This document shows positions 1 to 10,235 of a stretch of DNA of 64,000 bases, one piece after another. The stretch lies in contig VGWG01000006.1 in assembly GCA_016873675.1 (NCBI GenBank), positions 1,200 through 65,199 of the forward strand. The letters are read 5' to 3'. A program made the position numbers and the translations under genes. The first letter of the stretch is position 1, and each line of letters opens with the position of its first letter. The notes beneath the pieces were generated by a model. It was given only the letters and a program-made list of their open reading frames with translations, did no database searches and was not told the DNA's origin. The DNA comes from Lentisphaerota bacterium. GTDB lineage: Bacteria; Verrucomicrobiota; Kiritimatiellia; RFP12; JAAYNR01.

Positions 1-1
1 C

Positions 2-1231
2 TTAATTCAGCGTGAGCAGGGCCAGTGCGGTGGCGTACAACTCGCCGCCGACCGGGGTCCAGCGGTCGGCGATGGCCCAGGCGCCGTCAACGGCCTGCAG
101 CGCGGCGACTCGCTGGCGGATCGCCGCGGCCTGGGCGCGAACGCCGGCCGCGTCCAGGGCCCGCGCGATGAAATAATCCCGGTAGAAGTCGGCGACCCGG
201 CCGGGGGATGCCGCTTCCTGGAGGGCCTGGGCTGCCTGACGGGCAAGGGCGAGATGGTCGGCCGCCGGGAGCGACGCTTCGAGCAGAATGGCGTACCCCA
301 TGGCGTCGAGGGTGGCGGTGGAGCCGCCTGCCGCGCGGTCATACGCGAAACGGCCGTCGCCGGTCTGCTGAGACTTGAGCCAGCGCACCGCTTTTCGGAG
401 GTGTCCGCCGGGATCGCCCCAGCCGCTGGCGCGGGCGCGGATGAGGGCGTCGGTCTGCCATACGGTGATCGCCGTGTTGGGGGCGATGCCGATGTCATAG
501 CCCCAGGCGCCATCGGCATGCTGAGTCGCACGGATGCGGTCGACGGCGAGGCGCAAAGGGGCTTCGGACACGGCGGATGGACGGATCTGTCGGATGGCGA
601 GGAGGGCGGCCGTGGTCATGCCGTGGTTGTAGGCGCGACACCTGCCGGGCGGCCCGAAGGCCCCATCCGGTTGCTGACCGGCGAGAAGGGCAGCAATCGC
701 GCGGTCGACGGCGGCCCGGTGCGCGGGCCCGAGACGTTCGAGGGCGAGGGCGGCGAGGGCGGTGAGCGCGGGAGTGTAGGGGGCGGTGGGGGTTGCGATG
801 CCGATCGGCTCCCACACACCATCCCGGTGCTGCGTTCGGGTGAGCCAGCGGCCCCTGTCGGAGGGCATGGCGCGACGCATCTGTTGGGCGGCGAACCAGA
901 GTGCCCCGGCCAGGAAAACGGCGGCCGCCGCCGCAAGACGGCGCCGGAGGACGAAACACCGGTGGCGCGGAGGGGGAAGGGCTGTAAGGATACGGTCCAC
1001 CAAGCCGGGTGACGGATCGGCCTCGGGCGCGCCACGAAGCCAGGCGACCGTGGCGCACGCAGCCTCGGCTTCGCGCCTGCAAACCGGACAGGCGGCACGA
1101 TGCGCCTCACGGGCGGCTGATCCGTTTGCCGGATTCAGAGCGCAGGCCACCGCCTCGGCTGCCTGAGGGCAGTTCATAGCCGCAGCGACATCAGTTTCTG
1201 CTTCCATCGCCCGCCTCCTTCCTTGCGTCAA
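2..1231 (-). CDS. Anti-sigma factor (zf-HC2 HxxxCxxC motif, one TM helix) fused to a periplasmic domain of prenyltransferase/squalene-cyclase-like QxxDGxW repeats
   Basis: Motif HRAACPVCRREAEAAC near the N-terminus, then a hydrophobic helix LAAAAAVFLAGALWFAA. Repeats QQPDGAFG, QHADGAWGY, QQTGDGRFAY and VDGAWAI follow. The gene sits immediately downstream of the ECF sigma gene on the same strand. Confidence 0.6.
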   Translation of the reverse strand: MTQGRRRAMEAETDVAAAMNCPQAAEAVACALNPANGSAAREAHRAACPVCRREAEAACATVAWLRGAPEADPSPGLVDRILTALPPPRHRCFVLRRRLAAAAAVFLAGALWFAAQQMRRAMPSDRGRWLTRTQHRDGVWEPIGIATPTAPYTPALTALAALALERLGPAHRAAVDRAIAALLAGQQPDGAFGPPGRCRAYNHGMTTAALLAIRQIRPSAVSEAPLRLAVDRIRATQHADGAWGYDIGIAPNTAITVWQTDALIRARASGWGDPGGHLRKAVRWLKSQQTGDGRFAYDRAAGGSTATLDAMGYAILLEASLPAADHLALARQAAQALQEAASPGRVADFYRDYFIARALDAAGVRAQAAAIRQRVAALQAVDGAWAIADRWTPVGGELYATALALLTLN

Positions 1232-1234
1232 CCT

Positions 1235-1798
1235 TCATGCCCGGTCCTCTCCCAACCGGGTCCGTAACATCCGGATCGCGTTGAACATCCGCGACTTGAC
1301 CGTTCCAGCCGGTATGTGCAGGATCCGGGCGACCTCCGCATAAGGGAGGTCCTGATACACGCCCAGCTCAATCACCTGCCGCATCGCCTCCGGAAGCGCG
1401 GCCACGGCGCCGGCGACATCGAGTCCGCCACGCTCCGGCGGCGGATCGCTTGCGGCGTTCGGCGGCTCGGGCTCACGCGCCAACGCATCGGCCAGCCGCG
1501 CGATCCGCTTGCGCCTCCGCAGTTCGTCAATCCAGACCTGCCTCGCCATCAGAAACAGGAATGTCGTAAACTTCGCGCTCGGCCTGTAGCGATTCCGATA
1601 GCGGTAGAGCCTCACAAACGTCTGCTGCACGAGATCCTCGGCATCGTATTGAACGCCCGAACGGAGGAAAAAGTTCAGCAGCATTTTCTGATGGCGCCTG
1701 ACGAGCACGGCAAACGCCTGCCGATCATCCGCGCGCGCCAAGGCCATCAGCGCGGCGTCGCTTTCCAGTTCGGCGGGGTTCGGGTCTGGTGTGTCCAT
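1235..1798 (-). CDS. ECF-type RNA polymerase sigma-70 factor
   Basis: 187 aa with sigma-70 region 2 (DLVQQTFVRLYRY) and region 4 (LPYAEVARILHIPAGTVKSRM). The stop lies 4 nt from the anti-sigma start. Confidence 0.85.
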   Translation of the reverse strand: MDTPDPNPAELESDAALMALARADDRQAFAVLVRRHQKMLLNFFLRSGVQYDAEDLVQQTFVRLYRYRNRYRPSAKFTTFLFLMARQVWIDELRRRKRIARLADALAREPEPPNAASDPPPERGGLDVAGAVAALPEAMRQVIELGVYQDLPYAEVARILHIPAGTVKSRMFNAIRMLRTRLGEDRA

Positions 1799-1854
1799 GG
1801 GTTGGGCGGTGTGGCGATTGACAGGTGAATGATGTGTCGTTCCCAGATTCAGGC

Positions 1855-3198
1855 CTATTCGTGCCTCAAGGCCTCGATTGGGTCGAGGTTTGCGGCCTTC
1901 CAGGCGGGATAGGTTCCAAAGACCACTCCGGTGATGATCGAGACGGCGAGGGACACGAGGACGCTGGGGAGCGTCACGGCCGTGTGCATCTCGGTGAGGC
2001 GCTCGACCAGGCGGGCGATCGCCACCCCCAGGCTGAGACCAATACCGCCGCCCAATGCGGTGAGAATGGTGGACTCGAACAGGAACTGAAGGAGGATGTC
2101 GCGCTTTTTCGCGCCCAGCGCCCGGCGGGTGCCGATCTCGCGGGTGCGCTCGAAAATGTTGGCCAGCATGATATTCATGATGCCGATGCCGCCGACCAGC
2201 AGAGAGATGGCCGCGATGGATCCCATCACGATCCGGAACACCCGCTGGGTCGACTCCTCTTGCAACATCAGCTCGTAGGGAACCTGTATCTCGTAATCGC
2301 GTGTTTCGCGTGTCGTGCCCAGGTAGCTCCGCAACCGCTTGACGGTGTCGGGAATCGAACTCACCGCGATCACCTTGATGTAGAGGAAGTCGTACTCCAC
2401 ATTGACCCGCTCGCGCCTCGAACCCTCGACCGGGATGATGCGGCCGTAGACGGCGTTGCCCGTCTCAAAGGGGATATAAACCAGATTATTCAGGTCGTAC
2501 TGTCCGGCCAGCTTCGCGCCGCGCGCATTTTTCAGGACCCCGACCACCTGGAACGTGCCGCCACCCGCGTTCACCGTCTGGTTGAGCGGATCGCCGATGC
2601 CAAACAGCGTCCGGGCGGCGTCGACGCCCACCACGCAGACGGGATTGCGCCGCAGTTCGTCGGTATCGGTGATCCAGCGCCCGCGGCTGTCCGCGAGTTC
2701 GCTGAAGGTCATGTTTAGAAACTCGGGCGTGGTGGCCATCACGCGGACGTTCGACCGCAGGCCGCCGACAAAAAGCCGTTGCTGCATGTCGCGCACCGGG
2801 ATGATCTGGCGGATGTTCTCGAACGTGGCCAGCATGTGCGCGACGTCTTTGGCCTTCAGGCCATAGTCCGCAAGGGTGCTGGCCGAGGCATTGTTCTGGG
2901 GCGCCCCCTCTTGGGTCGGCTTGACCGAGCGGATGACGATGCTGTCGATGCCCATGGCCCGGATCCGCTCGATCGACTCGCGGCGACCGCCTTCGCTGAT
3001 CGCCATCATGGCCACTACCGCGCCGACCCCGAGGACCACGCCCAGCGCCGCCAGAAACGCGCGGAAGGCGTGGCAGGAGAGATTGAGGAAGGTCATCTGC
3101 AACAGGCGTAAAAAATTGCGCACAGCTCCATCTTTCCGGCCGGGCAACCGGCCCCAAGCATCAGACCACCGGCTTGCCTCCCGGCCGGTCCTCGACAA
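1855..3198 (-). CDS. ABC transporter permease, MacB/FtsX family
   Basis: N-terminal TM helix, large periplasmic domain and a C-terminal FtsX-like 3-TM region. Downstream of the ABC ATPase and the adaptor. The true start may be the internal Met (MTFLNL, about 3096). Confidence 0.8.
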   Translation of the reverse strand: MSRTGREASRWSDAWGRLPGRKDGAVRNFLRLLQMTFLNLSCHAFRAFLAALGVVLGVGAVVAMMAISEGGRRESIERIRAMGIDSIVIRSVKPTQEGAPQNNASASTLADYGLKAKDVAHMLATFENIRQIIPVRDMQQRLFVGGLRSNVRVMATTPEFLNMTFSELADSRGRWITDTDELRRNPVCVVGVDAARTLFGIGDPLNQTVNAGGGTFQVVGVLKNARGAKLAGQYDLNNLVYIPFETGNAVYGRIIPVEGSRRERVNVEYDFLYIKVIAVSSIPDTVKRLRSYLGTTRETRDYEIQVPYELMLQEESTQRVFRIVMGSIAAISLLVGGIGIMNIMLANIFERTREIGTRRALGAKKRDILLQFLFESTILTALGGGIGLSLGVAIARLVERLTEMHTAVTLPSVLVSLAVSIITGVVFGTYPAWKAANLDPIEALRHE

Positions 3199-3856
3199 TC
3201 ACCCCGTCGTGCAGGCGGATCACCCGGTCGACGATGCGCGCGTAAGCGGGATTGTGGGTGACCATGACCACGGTGCGGCCGCTGTCAACCAGGCCGGTCA
3301 GGATGCGCATGACATCATTGCCGGTTTTTTCATCGAGATTGCCGGTCGGCTCATCGGCCAGCACCAGCGGCGGGTCATTGGCCAGCGCGCGGGCGATCGC
3401 CACCCGCTGCCGCTCGCCGCCCGACAACTGCGACGGCCGGTGGGTCAGGCGATGCCCCAGCCCGAGCAGATCGAGCAACTCATGGGCGCGATCCCGCATG
3501 GCCGTCGGCGGAACGCGGGCATAGCGCATCGGCGTGCAGACATTCTCAAACACGCTGAACTGGGAAAACAGGTTGAACGATTGAAAGACGATGCCAATCC
3601 GCCGGCAGCGGATTTCGGACATGGCGTTGTCGCTGAGAGACGACACGTCGGTGGTCTCGAGCGTGTAGGTCCCGGAAGTGGGGCGGTCGAGCATGCCGAC
3701 GAGGTTGAGGACGGTGGACTTGCCCGAACCCGATGCGCCCATGACCGCCACGAACTGGCCGGCCGGAATCGAAAAACTCACCGCGCGCACCGCCTGCACC
3801 GGGGTCTCGCCCTCGGTGTAGGTTTTGGTCACTTCATTGAATGTCAGTAGCCCCAT
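3161..3856 (-). CDS. ABC transporter ATP-binding protein (MacB/LolD-like)
   Basis: Walker A GASGSGKST, ABC signature LSGGERQRVAIARAL and Walker B LVLADEPTG. Confidence 0.9.
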   Translation of the reverse strand: MGLLTFNEVTKTYTEGETPVQAVRAVSFSIPAGQFVAVMGASGSGKSTVLNLVGMLDRPTSGTYTLETTDVSSLSDNAMSEIRCRRIGIVFQSFNLFSQFSVFENVCTPMRYARVPPTAMRDRAHELLDLLGLGHRLTHRPSQLSGGERQRVAIARALANDPPLVLADEPTGNLDEKTGNDVMRILTGLVDSGRTVVMVTHNPAYARIVDRVIRLHDGVIVEDRPGGKPVV

Positions 3857-3862
3857 AGTCCG

Positions 3863-5380
3863 TCACTTCGCCAGGCCGGCCTGATAGAGCGCAACCCGCT
3901 CACCCTCCTCGAGGCCCGAGAGAATCTCAACGAAGCTGTTCGAGGACCGGCCGGTGGTCACCGGCCGCTCTTCGACGCCCACCGCCCCCTTGACCCGCGC
4001 AAAGGTCTTTCCCTCGCGCTGAAAAATCGCCTCGATCGGCACGTGCAGGACGTTGGCGACCTGTTCGACAATGATTTCGACGCGCATCGTCATGCCGGGC
4101 ATCAGCCGGGGATCCATCGTGTCGGTGGCGATCTCCACCGGATAAATCTTGGGGCTTGAACGATCCCAGTTCACGACATTCTGCGCCATGGCCGCGATCA
4201 GCGAGACGCGCCCCTCCATCACCAGATTGGGAATCGCCTTGCTTCTCAAGACCGCACGGAGACCGGTGGAGATGCGGGATCGGAACTCCTCGGGCAGATC
4301 GACCCGGACCAGAAAACGCGATAAGTCGGGGATCGAGGCCAGCACCTGCCCCTCGTTGACCTGGCTGCCCACCTTGAGTTCCTCCGGCTGATTCCACGCG
4401 CGCCGTTGCGGATCGCCCATCGTGACGATCCCATCGCTCGGCGCCCGCACCACCAATGACTTGCGAATGGCGATCAATTGCTCCAGTTCCTCCTCCATCT
4501 GGCGGATGCGCGCCCGATGATTCTGAATGATCCGCTGATCCTTGACCAGATTGCCGGCGGCGGTGACCAGATCGCGCTGCAAGTCCATCTGCGCCTTGGT
4601 GCGGCCCTCCTGCAACAACCGCATTTTCTGGGGGTGGTCGTATTGCTTGAAGACCCGCAGGTTGCTGGACGCCAAATCGATCGCGTCACGGACGGCGTCA
4701 ACCGCCTGCGACTTGTCGAGCACCACTTTCTCCAGTTCGGGAACCCGTCCGGGATCCTGCATCTGCGCGGTGGACAACTGGGATCGGGCCACAGAGAGCT
4801 CCGTGCGGACTTGGGCGAGCTTGGCGCGCGCCGTTTGGACGGCGGCCTGCAGATCCGCGCGCTTGCGCCGCGCGTCCTCATCCTCGTAGCGGGAGAGCGC
4901 CTCCTCGCTGGCCCGAAGTTGATCGTTGGCGTTACGGATGGTGCTGAGATTGCCCGCACGGGTCATGTCGAGATCCTGCTCGGCCAGCTTCAGGCTGGTC
5001 TGCTCGTCGGCCAGCTCCAGTTTCAGTCTGTCCAGCTCGACTGCGTGCTTCTCATCTGAGAACCGGAACAGCAGGTCGCCGGTCTTCACCGCGCTGCGGT
5101 TTTCAACCAGTTCCACGATCTCCAGCCCATAACCGCGGCTCCCGGAGCGGGGCTCGGGGCGGATCATATGGTGCTTGATCGCGTCGAGGTTACCGTCAAT
5201 TTCCAAGGCGATGTTGAAATCGCCCCGGCGCACCGTCGCATAGCGATCCCGTGTCTCACCCTCCTGCGCCCCCCGACGATGAGCACCCAACTGCCGCCAG
5301 ACGATGACGCCGACGGCTGCCAGCAACCCGACCAGGAGCCACACGCGCCACCGACGCACTCTGGACGTCTGACGCGTCAT
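3863..5380 (-). CDS. Efflux transporter periplasmic adaptor subunit (HlyD/MacA family)
   Basis: N-terminal TM anchor and a long coiled-coil segment with many heptad-like stretches. It is first in the operon with the ABC ATPase and permease. Confidence 0.8.
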   Translation of the reverse strand: MTRQTSRVRRWRVWLLVGLLAAVGVIVWRQLGAHRRGAQEGETRDRYATVRRGDFNIALEIDGNLDAIKHHMIRPEPRSGSRGYGLEIVELVENRSAVKTGDLLFRFSDEKHAVELDRLKLELADEQTSLKLAEQDLDMTRAGNLSTIRNANDQLRASEEALSRYEDEDARRKRADLQAAVQTARAKLAQVRTELSVARSQLSTAQMQDPGRVPELEKVVLDKSQAVDAVRDAIDLASSNLRVFKQYDHPQKMRLLQEGRTKAQMDLQRDLVTAAGNLVKDQRIIQNHRARIRQMEEELEQLIAIRKSLVVRAPSDGIVTMGDPQRRAWNQPEELKVGSQVNEGQVLASIPDLSRFLVRVDLPEEFRSRISTGLRAVLRSKAIPNLVMEGRVSLIAAMAQNVVNWDRSSPKIYPVEIATDTMDPRLMPGMTMRVEIIVEQVANVLHVPIEAIFQREGKTFARVKGAVGVEERPVTTGRSSNSFVEILSGLEEGERVALYQAGLAK

Positions 5381-6750
5381 TCCGGCCGGGTCTCCTGCGG
5401 GCTGCCATCACGGAGCTGCTGGAGTTCGTCACGCAGGCGCGGCTGCGGCAGACGGAACTGAGACTCCGCGCGATCCATCTGCGCCTGTATCTCCGGCGGA
5501 AGCTCGAGGGTGCGCAGCGGCGGCAACTGGTCCAGAGCGCCAGCCAGAGCGGTCGCCCGCAGAAAAATGACCAACTGCGTCTGCACGCTGCTTTTGGTGG
5601 TGCCGCGGAAGAGGTGCCCGAGCACCGGGATGCTGGAGAGGATCGGCACCCGCCGCTGCCGTTCGACCTCCTCGCTGCGCAACAGACCGCCGATTGACAC
5701 CAGTTGGCCGTCTCCGACTTCCAGCTCCGTGTTGGCGCTGCGGACGGCGATGATCGGCGCGCCTGTGTTCTTGTCGGAGCGAGTCACATTGGAAACCTCG
5801 GGATTGATCTGCAGACGGATGCGGCCGTCGGCGATCATGATCGGGATCACCCGCAATTTGATGCCGACGCTCTTGAAGGTGGTCGAAATGCTTTCCCCCC
5901 CGGAGGTGATGGTCTTCGTCTGGATCGGAACCTCCTCGCCGGTAATGATGCTCCCCTCCGTGCCGCGCCGCAGGATCAGATTGGGGGAGGACAGAATCTT
6001 GGCCCGGCCTTTGTTTTCCAGAAAGCGGACAAAGGCGGTGATCAGACGCTCCGAGCTCGGATCCCAGTCCATATAGGAAAGACTGCCGCGGGTGGCCAGC
6101 GGATTGCTGCCCGGGTCGACAAAGGCGTCGGTGAGGCGCTTGACAAAAACCATGTGGTCGGCGGGGAGGTTGGGGATGGCCCCCACCTTCGCGAGCTTCT
6201 GGAATTCGAGGTTGATCTCCTTCTGATAATCACTGTCAACGCTGAACTCGACGATGCGGGCCTCGACCAGCACCTGGGTGACCGGCATGTCCAACTGGTC
6301 GGCGACCGCGAGCAACAGCGCCAGATTGTCCTCGACGTCCGAGATCACTACGAGGTCGGATTCCTCATTGGCGGAGACCGTCCCGGCCGGCGTCATGAAA
6401 TTCTCCAGCGCCTGCGCCATCGTCTCGCCGCGAATGTGCACACAGTGGTGGAATCGGACCTTCCGCTCGGTCTTCACGTCGGCGGCGAAGTTGGCCGCGA
6501 TTTGCGCATATTCATCGAGAGCGCTCACCGTTCCCGTCGATGCGGCGGAAGCCAGTTCTGCGGCCGTCGGCGTCGCCAGGTCCCGGACCGGATCAGCCAT
6601 GGGGTCTTGGGACAGCTCCCGGTTGTCGGTGCTGGCCGAGACAGCCGCCCGCTCGCGCGGCGGCCGTCCGGAAGGCTGTTGCGCCAAAAGACCGGCGCAC
6701 GACATCATGACCATCACCAGGGACATCGCCGGAAAAAGACCTTGTTTCAT
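5377..6750 (-). CDS. Secretin (GspD/PilQ family outer-membrane channel)
   Basis: C-terminal secretin signature region (ILSSPNLILRRGTEGSIITGEEVPIQ ... VPILSSIPVLGHLF). The likely start is MKQGLFPAMSLVMVMM, a signal peptide, at about 6750. The longer ORF-track N-terminus was rejected. Confidence 0.75.
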   Translation of the reverse strand: MKQGLFPAMSLVMVMMSCAGLLAQQPSGRPPRERAAVSASTDNRELSQDPMADPVRDLATPTAAELASAASTGTVSALDEYAQIAANFAADVKTERKVRFHHCVHIRGETMAQALENFMTPAGTVSANEESDLVVISDVEDNLALLLAVADQLDMPVTQVLVEARIVEFSVDSDYQKEINLEFQKLAKVGAIPNLPADHMVFVKRLTDAFVDPGSNPLATRGSLSYMDWDPSSERLITAFVRFLENKGRAKILSSPNLILRRGTEGSIITGEEVPIQTKTITSGGESISTTFKSVGIKLRVIPIMIADGRIRLQINPEVSNVTRSDKNTGAPIIAVRSANTELEVGDGQLVSIGGLLRSEEVERQRRVPILSSIPVLGHLFRGTTKSSVQTQLVIFLRATALAGALDQLPPLRTLELPPEIQAQMDRAESQFRLPQPRLRDELQQLRDGSPQETRPE

Positions 6751-6935
6751 TGCCGTGTTCCTGTCGCTTAAGCGCAACCTGCAACCAGAGTACGGCCGAA
6801 AGCATGACATACCCATGGGGTTAAGACAAGGAGTAAAAGTCAACAGAGTGATGCGTCAACGTTGTTGCATACTCCCTTGTGCGATGGCGTGCGACATGCT
6901 AACGTAGTCCGACGACGTGAGGTGGAGAAACGGGC

Positions 6936-8906
6936 ATGGATTTCAAACGGATAGGCGAGCCGCTTTTTGCGCAGGATCCCACGGGGCGGCCGCTGTCGCG
7001 CGTGGGGACTGTTTTTCTGCGCACGCCGGGGCTGGTCACCCTCCCGGGCGTGCATGCCATGCAACGGCTGGCCTGGCTTGACGGGCTCAACGCCGACCGG
7101 GCCTCAGCCGGCGCGCCGCCGCTCTCCGACGCGGAGACAGACGCCGAATTCGACGCCTCCGTGGACCTGCTGCTGGACGGAAGCGTCATTCTGATCCGAC
7201 CCGATCCTTCGCGCATGGATCTAGCCTTCCAGGCCGACGATTTCCTGCAGACGTTCGTTTCCAAGCGCCGCATTCGTTTTCTGAACACCGCCAACGAGAC
7301 GATTCGAGAGGCCCTCCGCCGGCGCGGAGAAAACTGGCGCATGAGTCCCCTGCCGCAGACGCAGGAGGAAATCATTGCCCTCATCGCCGACTCCCGGACC
7401 GCCATTCAGAATGCCCCCATCTACTACTACAACCGCGTCGGCGGCACCCGTTACCTCACCTGCGAATCCTTCCGCTGGCTGGCCACGCGGGATGATGCCA
7501 CGTTCCGGTCGCAGCTCGACGAGATCGCCCGCTTCTGCACCCGGCGCAACCGCCTCGGCCATCCCGAGATCGACGTCTTCCCTCCCGACTGCCCGTTTGA
7601 GCGCGCCGCCTTTGCGGCGCTCGCCCCGCCGGAAGACGCATCCCCCGCCGCCTGCGCCGATCTCCGCCGCCGCCACGCCGCGGTCGCAGCGGCCTACGAG
7701 GCCGCCGTGCCGCCGGTCCTCCGGGAGGACGCTCCCGGGGCGCCCGAATGGCGCCGGGCGATGTGCGCCGTTCTGGTCAGACAGCCGAATGCGGCCGTTT
7801 CGGACGAGATCGTCAGCGGCCTCTCCGCCGAGTTTTATCTGCAGATCGAATGGCTCCCCGGCGCGCGCATCGAGGATGGCGAGCTGATCTTTGATCCGCT
7901 GTTTGACGAGTGTGCCGTCCGTCCGGACGACGCCGAGCTGCGCGCCCTGTGCGACCTGCGCGCGCGCGGCATGATCTTTAACTACGTTCGCGAATTCCGC
8001 GAGATCGAATACATCAACATCGGACGGATCTCCCGCTCCCTCTCGCGCCGCGTCACCACCTCCCGGCGCCCCACGGTCTACATTGCCGAGGTTCAGCACA
8101 CCGGCGCCGATAAGCCGGTCGTGCGCATCCTGCGCCTCCAGAAATGGGGCATCGCCGAACATCTCGATGAAGGGAAGGACCTGCTGCAGTCGATCATCGA
8201 GGCCGAGGCCTACACCGACTACATTCTCGACCGCCGCCTCGGCTGCCAGCAGCTCGGCATGAACTTGCCGCCGCAGATCGTTCCCCGCCGCATCAGCGAG
8301 ACCTACACTGGAACGCACGCGCGCTACGTCGGCCAGACCTACTGGATCACCTACCTCGAGCGCCCCTATCTTTACGGGTGGGCATCGGCCAAGATCCCCG
8401 CGCACCACTACGAGAACGTCGAATTCAATCGCCGTCTGGCGGCCCTGCTCGGCGCGGCGGCGGCATCCAATCTCATCCTCGGCCGCACCGGGGTTAACGG
8501 CGCAGCCGTCCTGTTTGACGATGGCGACGAGATCGTCCTGTTTGACGACGACGGCCTGCCCCAGAGCCTGGTGGTCTCCGACCACACCGGGACGTTTTCG
8601 CACTACCGGGAGCCCTTGGCGGATTTGGCGCCGGCCTATGCCGCGCCGGTCAACCGGCGCGCGGAACTGATGCCCAACGCCAGCGAGTTTGCCGCAGGCT
8701 ATCTGGCTGCATTTGTCGAACGCTTCGATTACACGCGCCGGGAGTACCTCCGGCGCAAACGGGCGTTTGACACGCTCTTCAGCCACCGTGCCCGCGACGT
8801 GGCCGGCAGTTTCGCCTACCGTTGGGAATGCGTTCTCAACCGCCTCGCGGCGACCGCTGCAGAGCCGCTTGCGGGGGCGATCCGGGCCGCGATTAGAAAC
8901 AAGTGA
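6936..8906 (+). CDS. Hypothetical protein, 656 aa, no recognised domain
   Basis: Long ORF with a strong G/C third-position bias on the plus strand, so the antisense 521-aa ORF was rejected. Its stop is 9 nt before the HtrA start, which has a GAGGTGA ribosome-binding site, so the two are probably co-transcribed. Confidence 0.5.
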   Translation: MDFKRIGEPLFAQDPTGRPLSRVGTVFLRTPGLVTLPGVHAMQRLAWLDGLNADRASAGAPPLSDAETDAEFDASVDLLLDGSVILIRPDPSRMDLAFQADDFLQTFVSKRRIRFLNTANETIREALRRRGENWRMSPLPQTQEEIIALIADSRTAIQNAPIYYYNRVGGTRYLTCESFRWLATRDDATFRSQLDEIARFCTRRNRLGHPEIDVFPPDCPFERAAFAALAPPEDASPAACADLRRRHAAVAAAYEAAVPPVLREDAPGAPEWRRAMCAVLVRQPNAAVSDEIVSGLSAEFYLQIEWLPGARIEDGELIFDPLFDECAVRPDDAELRALCDLRARGMIFNYVREFREIEYINIGRISRSLSRRVTTSRRPTVYIAEVQHTGADKPVVRILRLQKWGIAEHLDEGKDLLQSIIEAEAYTDYILDRRLGCQQLGMNLPPQIVPRRISETYTGTHARYVGQTYWITYLERPYLYGWASAKIPAHHYENVEFNRRLAALLGAAAASNLILGRTGVNGAAVLFDDGDEIVLFDDDGLPQSLVVSDHTGTFSHYREPLADLAPAYAAPVNRRAELMPNASEFAAGYLAAFVERFDYTRREYLRRKRAFDTLFSHRARDVAGSFAYRWECVLNRLAATAAEPLAGAIRAAIRNK

Positions 8907-8914
8907 GGTGACCC

Positions 8915-10072
8915 ATGAACGCTCCGGCTTCCCGTTCCCCCGTCTTCACGGCGCTGCTGCTGGCGATTTTCGCGCTGCTGGTGTGGCGACTCGTTCACCG
9001 GCCGGGTGTAGAAGGTGTGCCCTCCGCCGTTCCGGTGCCAGGTCCGACCTCCGGACACCCCGCCGTTCCGGCGGTGGCCACGCCGCCACCGTTCGCGCCC
9101 ACCTCCGAGGAACGCACCGCCATCGCGATCTTCAGCCGCGTGTCGCCATCGGTCGTGGCGGTGGCCAACACGGGGCTCTTCCGCGCCGGGAGCTGGTTTC
9201 GGGGACTTCAGGTCTACGAGATTCCCCAGGGTGCCGGTTCCGGTTTTGTCTGGGACAAACAGGGGCACATCATCAGCAATTACCATGTCGTCCACCAAGC
9301 CAACGCGCTCACGGTGACCTTTCCCGACGGCGTGACATTCGATGCCCGGCTGGTGGGGATTGCGCCGGATCAGGATCTGGCCGTGCTGCGGATTGACGCC
9401 CCCCCCGAACGGCTGCACCCGGTTCGCGTCGCCGCGTCACGCGACCTGCAAGTGGGGCAGACGGTGCTGGCAATCGGCAACCCGTTCGGGCTGGACACCA
9501 CCCTCACCGTGGGAATCGTCAGTGCACTCGGACGGACCATCACGGCCATGACCGGCCGACGGATCAACGAGGTGATCCAGACGGATGCGGCGATCAACCC
9601 CGGCAATTCCGGCGGTCCCCTGCTCAATTCAGCGGGCGAGCTGATCGGCGTCACGACCGCCATCCTCAGCCCCAGCGGGGCCTATGCGGGGATCGGCTTC
9701 GCCGTGCCTGTCGACACCATCTCGCGCATCGTGCCCCAACTGATTGCCAAGGGACGCATCACCCGAGCGGGGCTCGGCCTCCAGCTTCTGCCCGATCACA
9801 TCATTCGCCGCGCTGGAGTTGCCGGCGCGGCCGTCTACGCCGTGCTTCCCCATTCCCCGGCCACCACCGCCGGAATCGCCGGCGTCTCGCAGTCTCCCCG
9901 CGGCCTGTTTCTCGGCGATGTGATCACCGCTGTCGATGGCAGGCCCGTCGCCGATGTGGAGGGCTACCACGCCATTTTCGACACCCTCCAGCCCGGCCAG
10001 ACCGTCGACGTGACCCTCACCCGCGACGGCCAGACACGCACCGTCTCCGTGCGCCTGATCGAATTGGAGTGA
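8915..10072 (+). CDS. Trypsin-like serine protease with a C-terminal PDZ domain (HtrA/DegP, S1C family)
   Basis: Signal/TM segment, then catalytic-triad context GSGFVWDKQGHIISNYHVV ... DLAVLRI ... NPGNSGGPLL, then a PDZ-like C-terminus. Confidence 0.85.
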   Translation: MNAPASRSPVFTALLLAIFALLVWRLVHRPGVEGVPSAVPVPGPTSGHPAVPAVATPPPFAPTSEERTAIAIFSRVSPSVVAVANTGLFRAGSWFRGLQVYEIPQGAGSGFVWDKQGHIISNYHVVHQANALTVTFPDGVTFDARLVGIAPDQDLAVLRIDAPPERLHPVRVAASRDLQVGQTVLAIGNPFGLDTTLTVGIVSALGRTITAMTGRRINEVIQTDAAINPGNSGGPLLNSAGELIGVTTAILSPSGAYAGIGFAVPVDTISRIVPQLIAKGRITRAGLGLQLLPDHIIRRAGVAGAAVYAVLPHSPATTAGIAGVSQSPRGLFLGDVITAVDGRPVADVEGYHAIFDTLQPGQTVDVTLTRDGQTRTVSVRLIELE

Positions 10073-10235
10073 CCGTGATTGCCGAGCGAATCCCGCTTGC
10101 CGCCGCTCGTCGTTTGCGTCTACAATTGGCCCGCGCGTCGGGTCTATTCACACCGCATCCGTCTTGACCCGGCGTGCGAACCCGTTGACCATAACGGTTG
10201 GACGCCCCTCCAACCCCATCTCAGGAGCACCCATC

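Noticed and set aside
7221-8786. 521-aa ORF on the minus strand antisense to the 656-aa hypothetical gene. Similar long antisense ORFs appear at 12713-14242 (+), 18275-19456 (-), 19411-20610 (-), 20780-22213 (-), 23365-25329 (+), 26110-27354 (-), 27374-28555 (-), 35283-36656 (-), 40192-43836 (+), 47899-49443 (+) and 50347-51588 (+).
   Set aside because: They are high-GC antisense artefacts. Their proteins are Arg/Gly/Ala-rich with no motifs. The opposite strand carries genes with clear family signatures and G/C-rich third positions.
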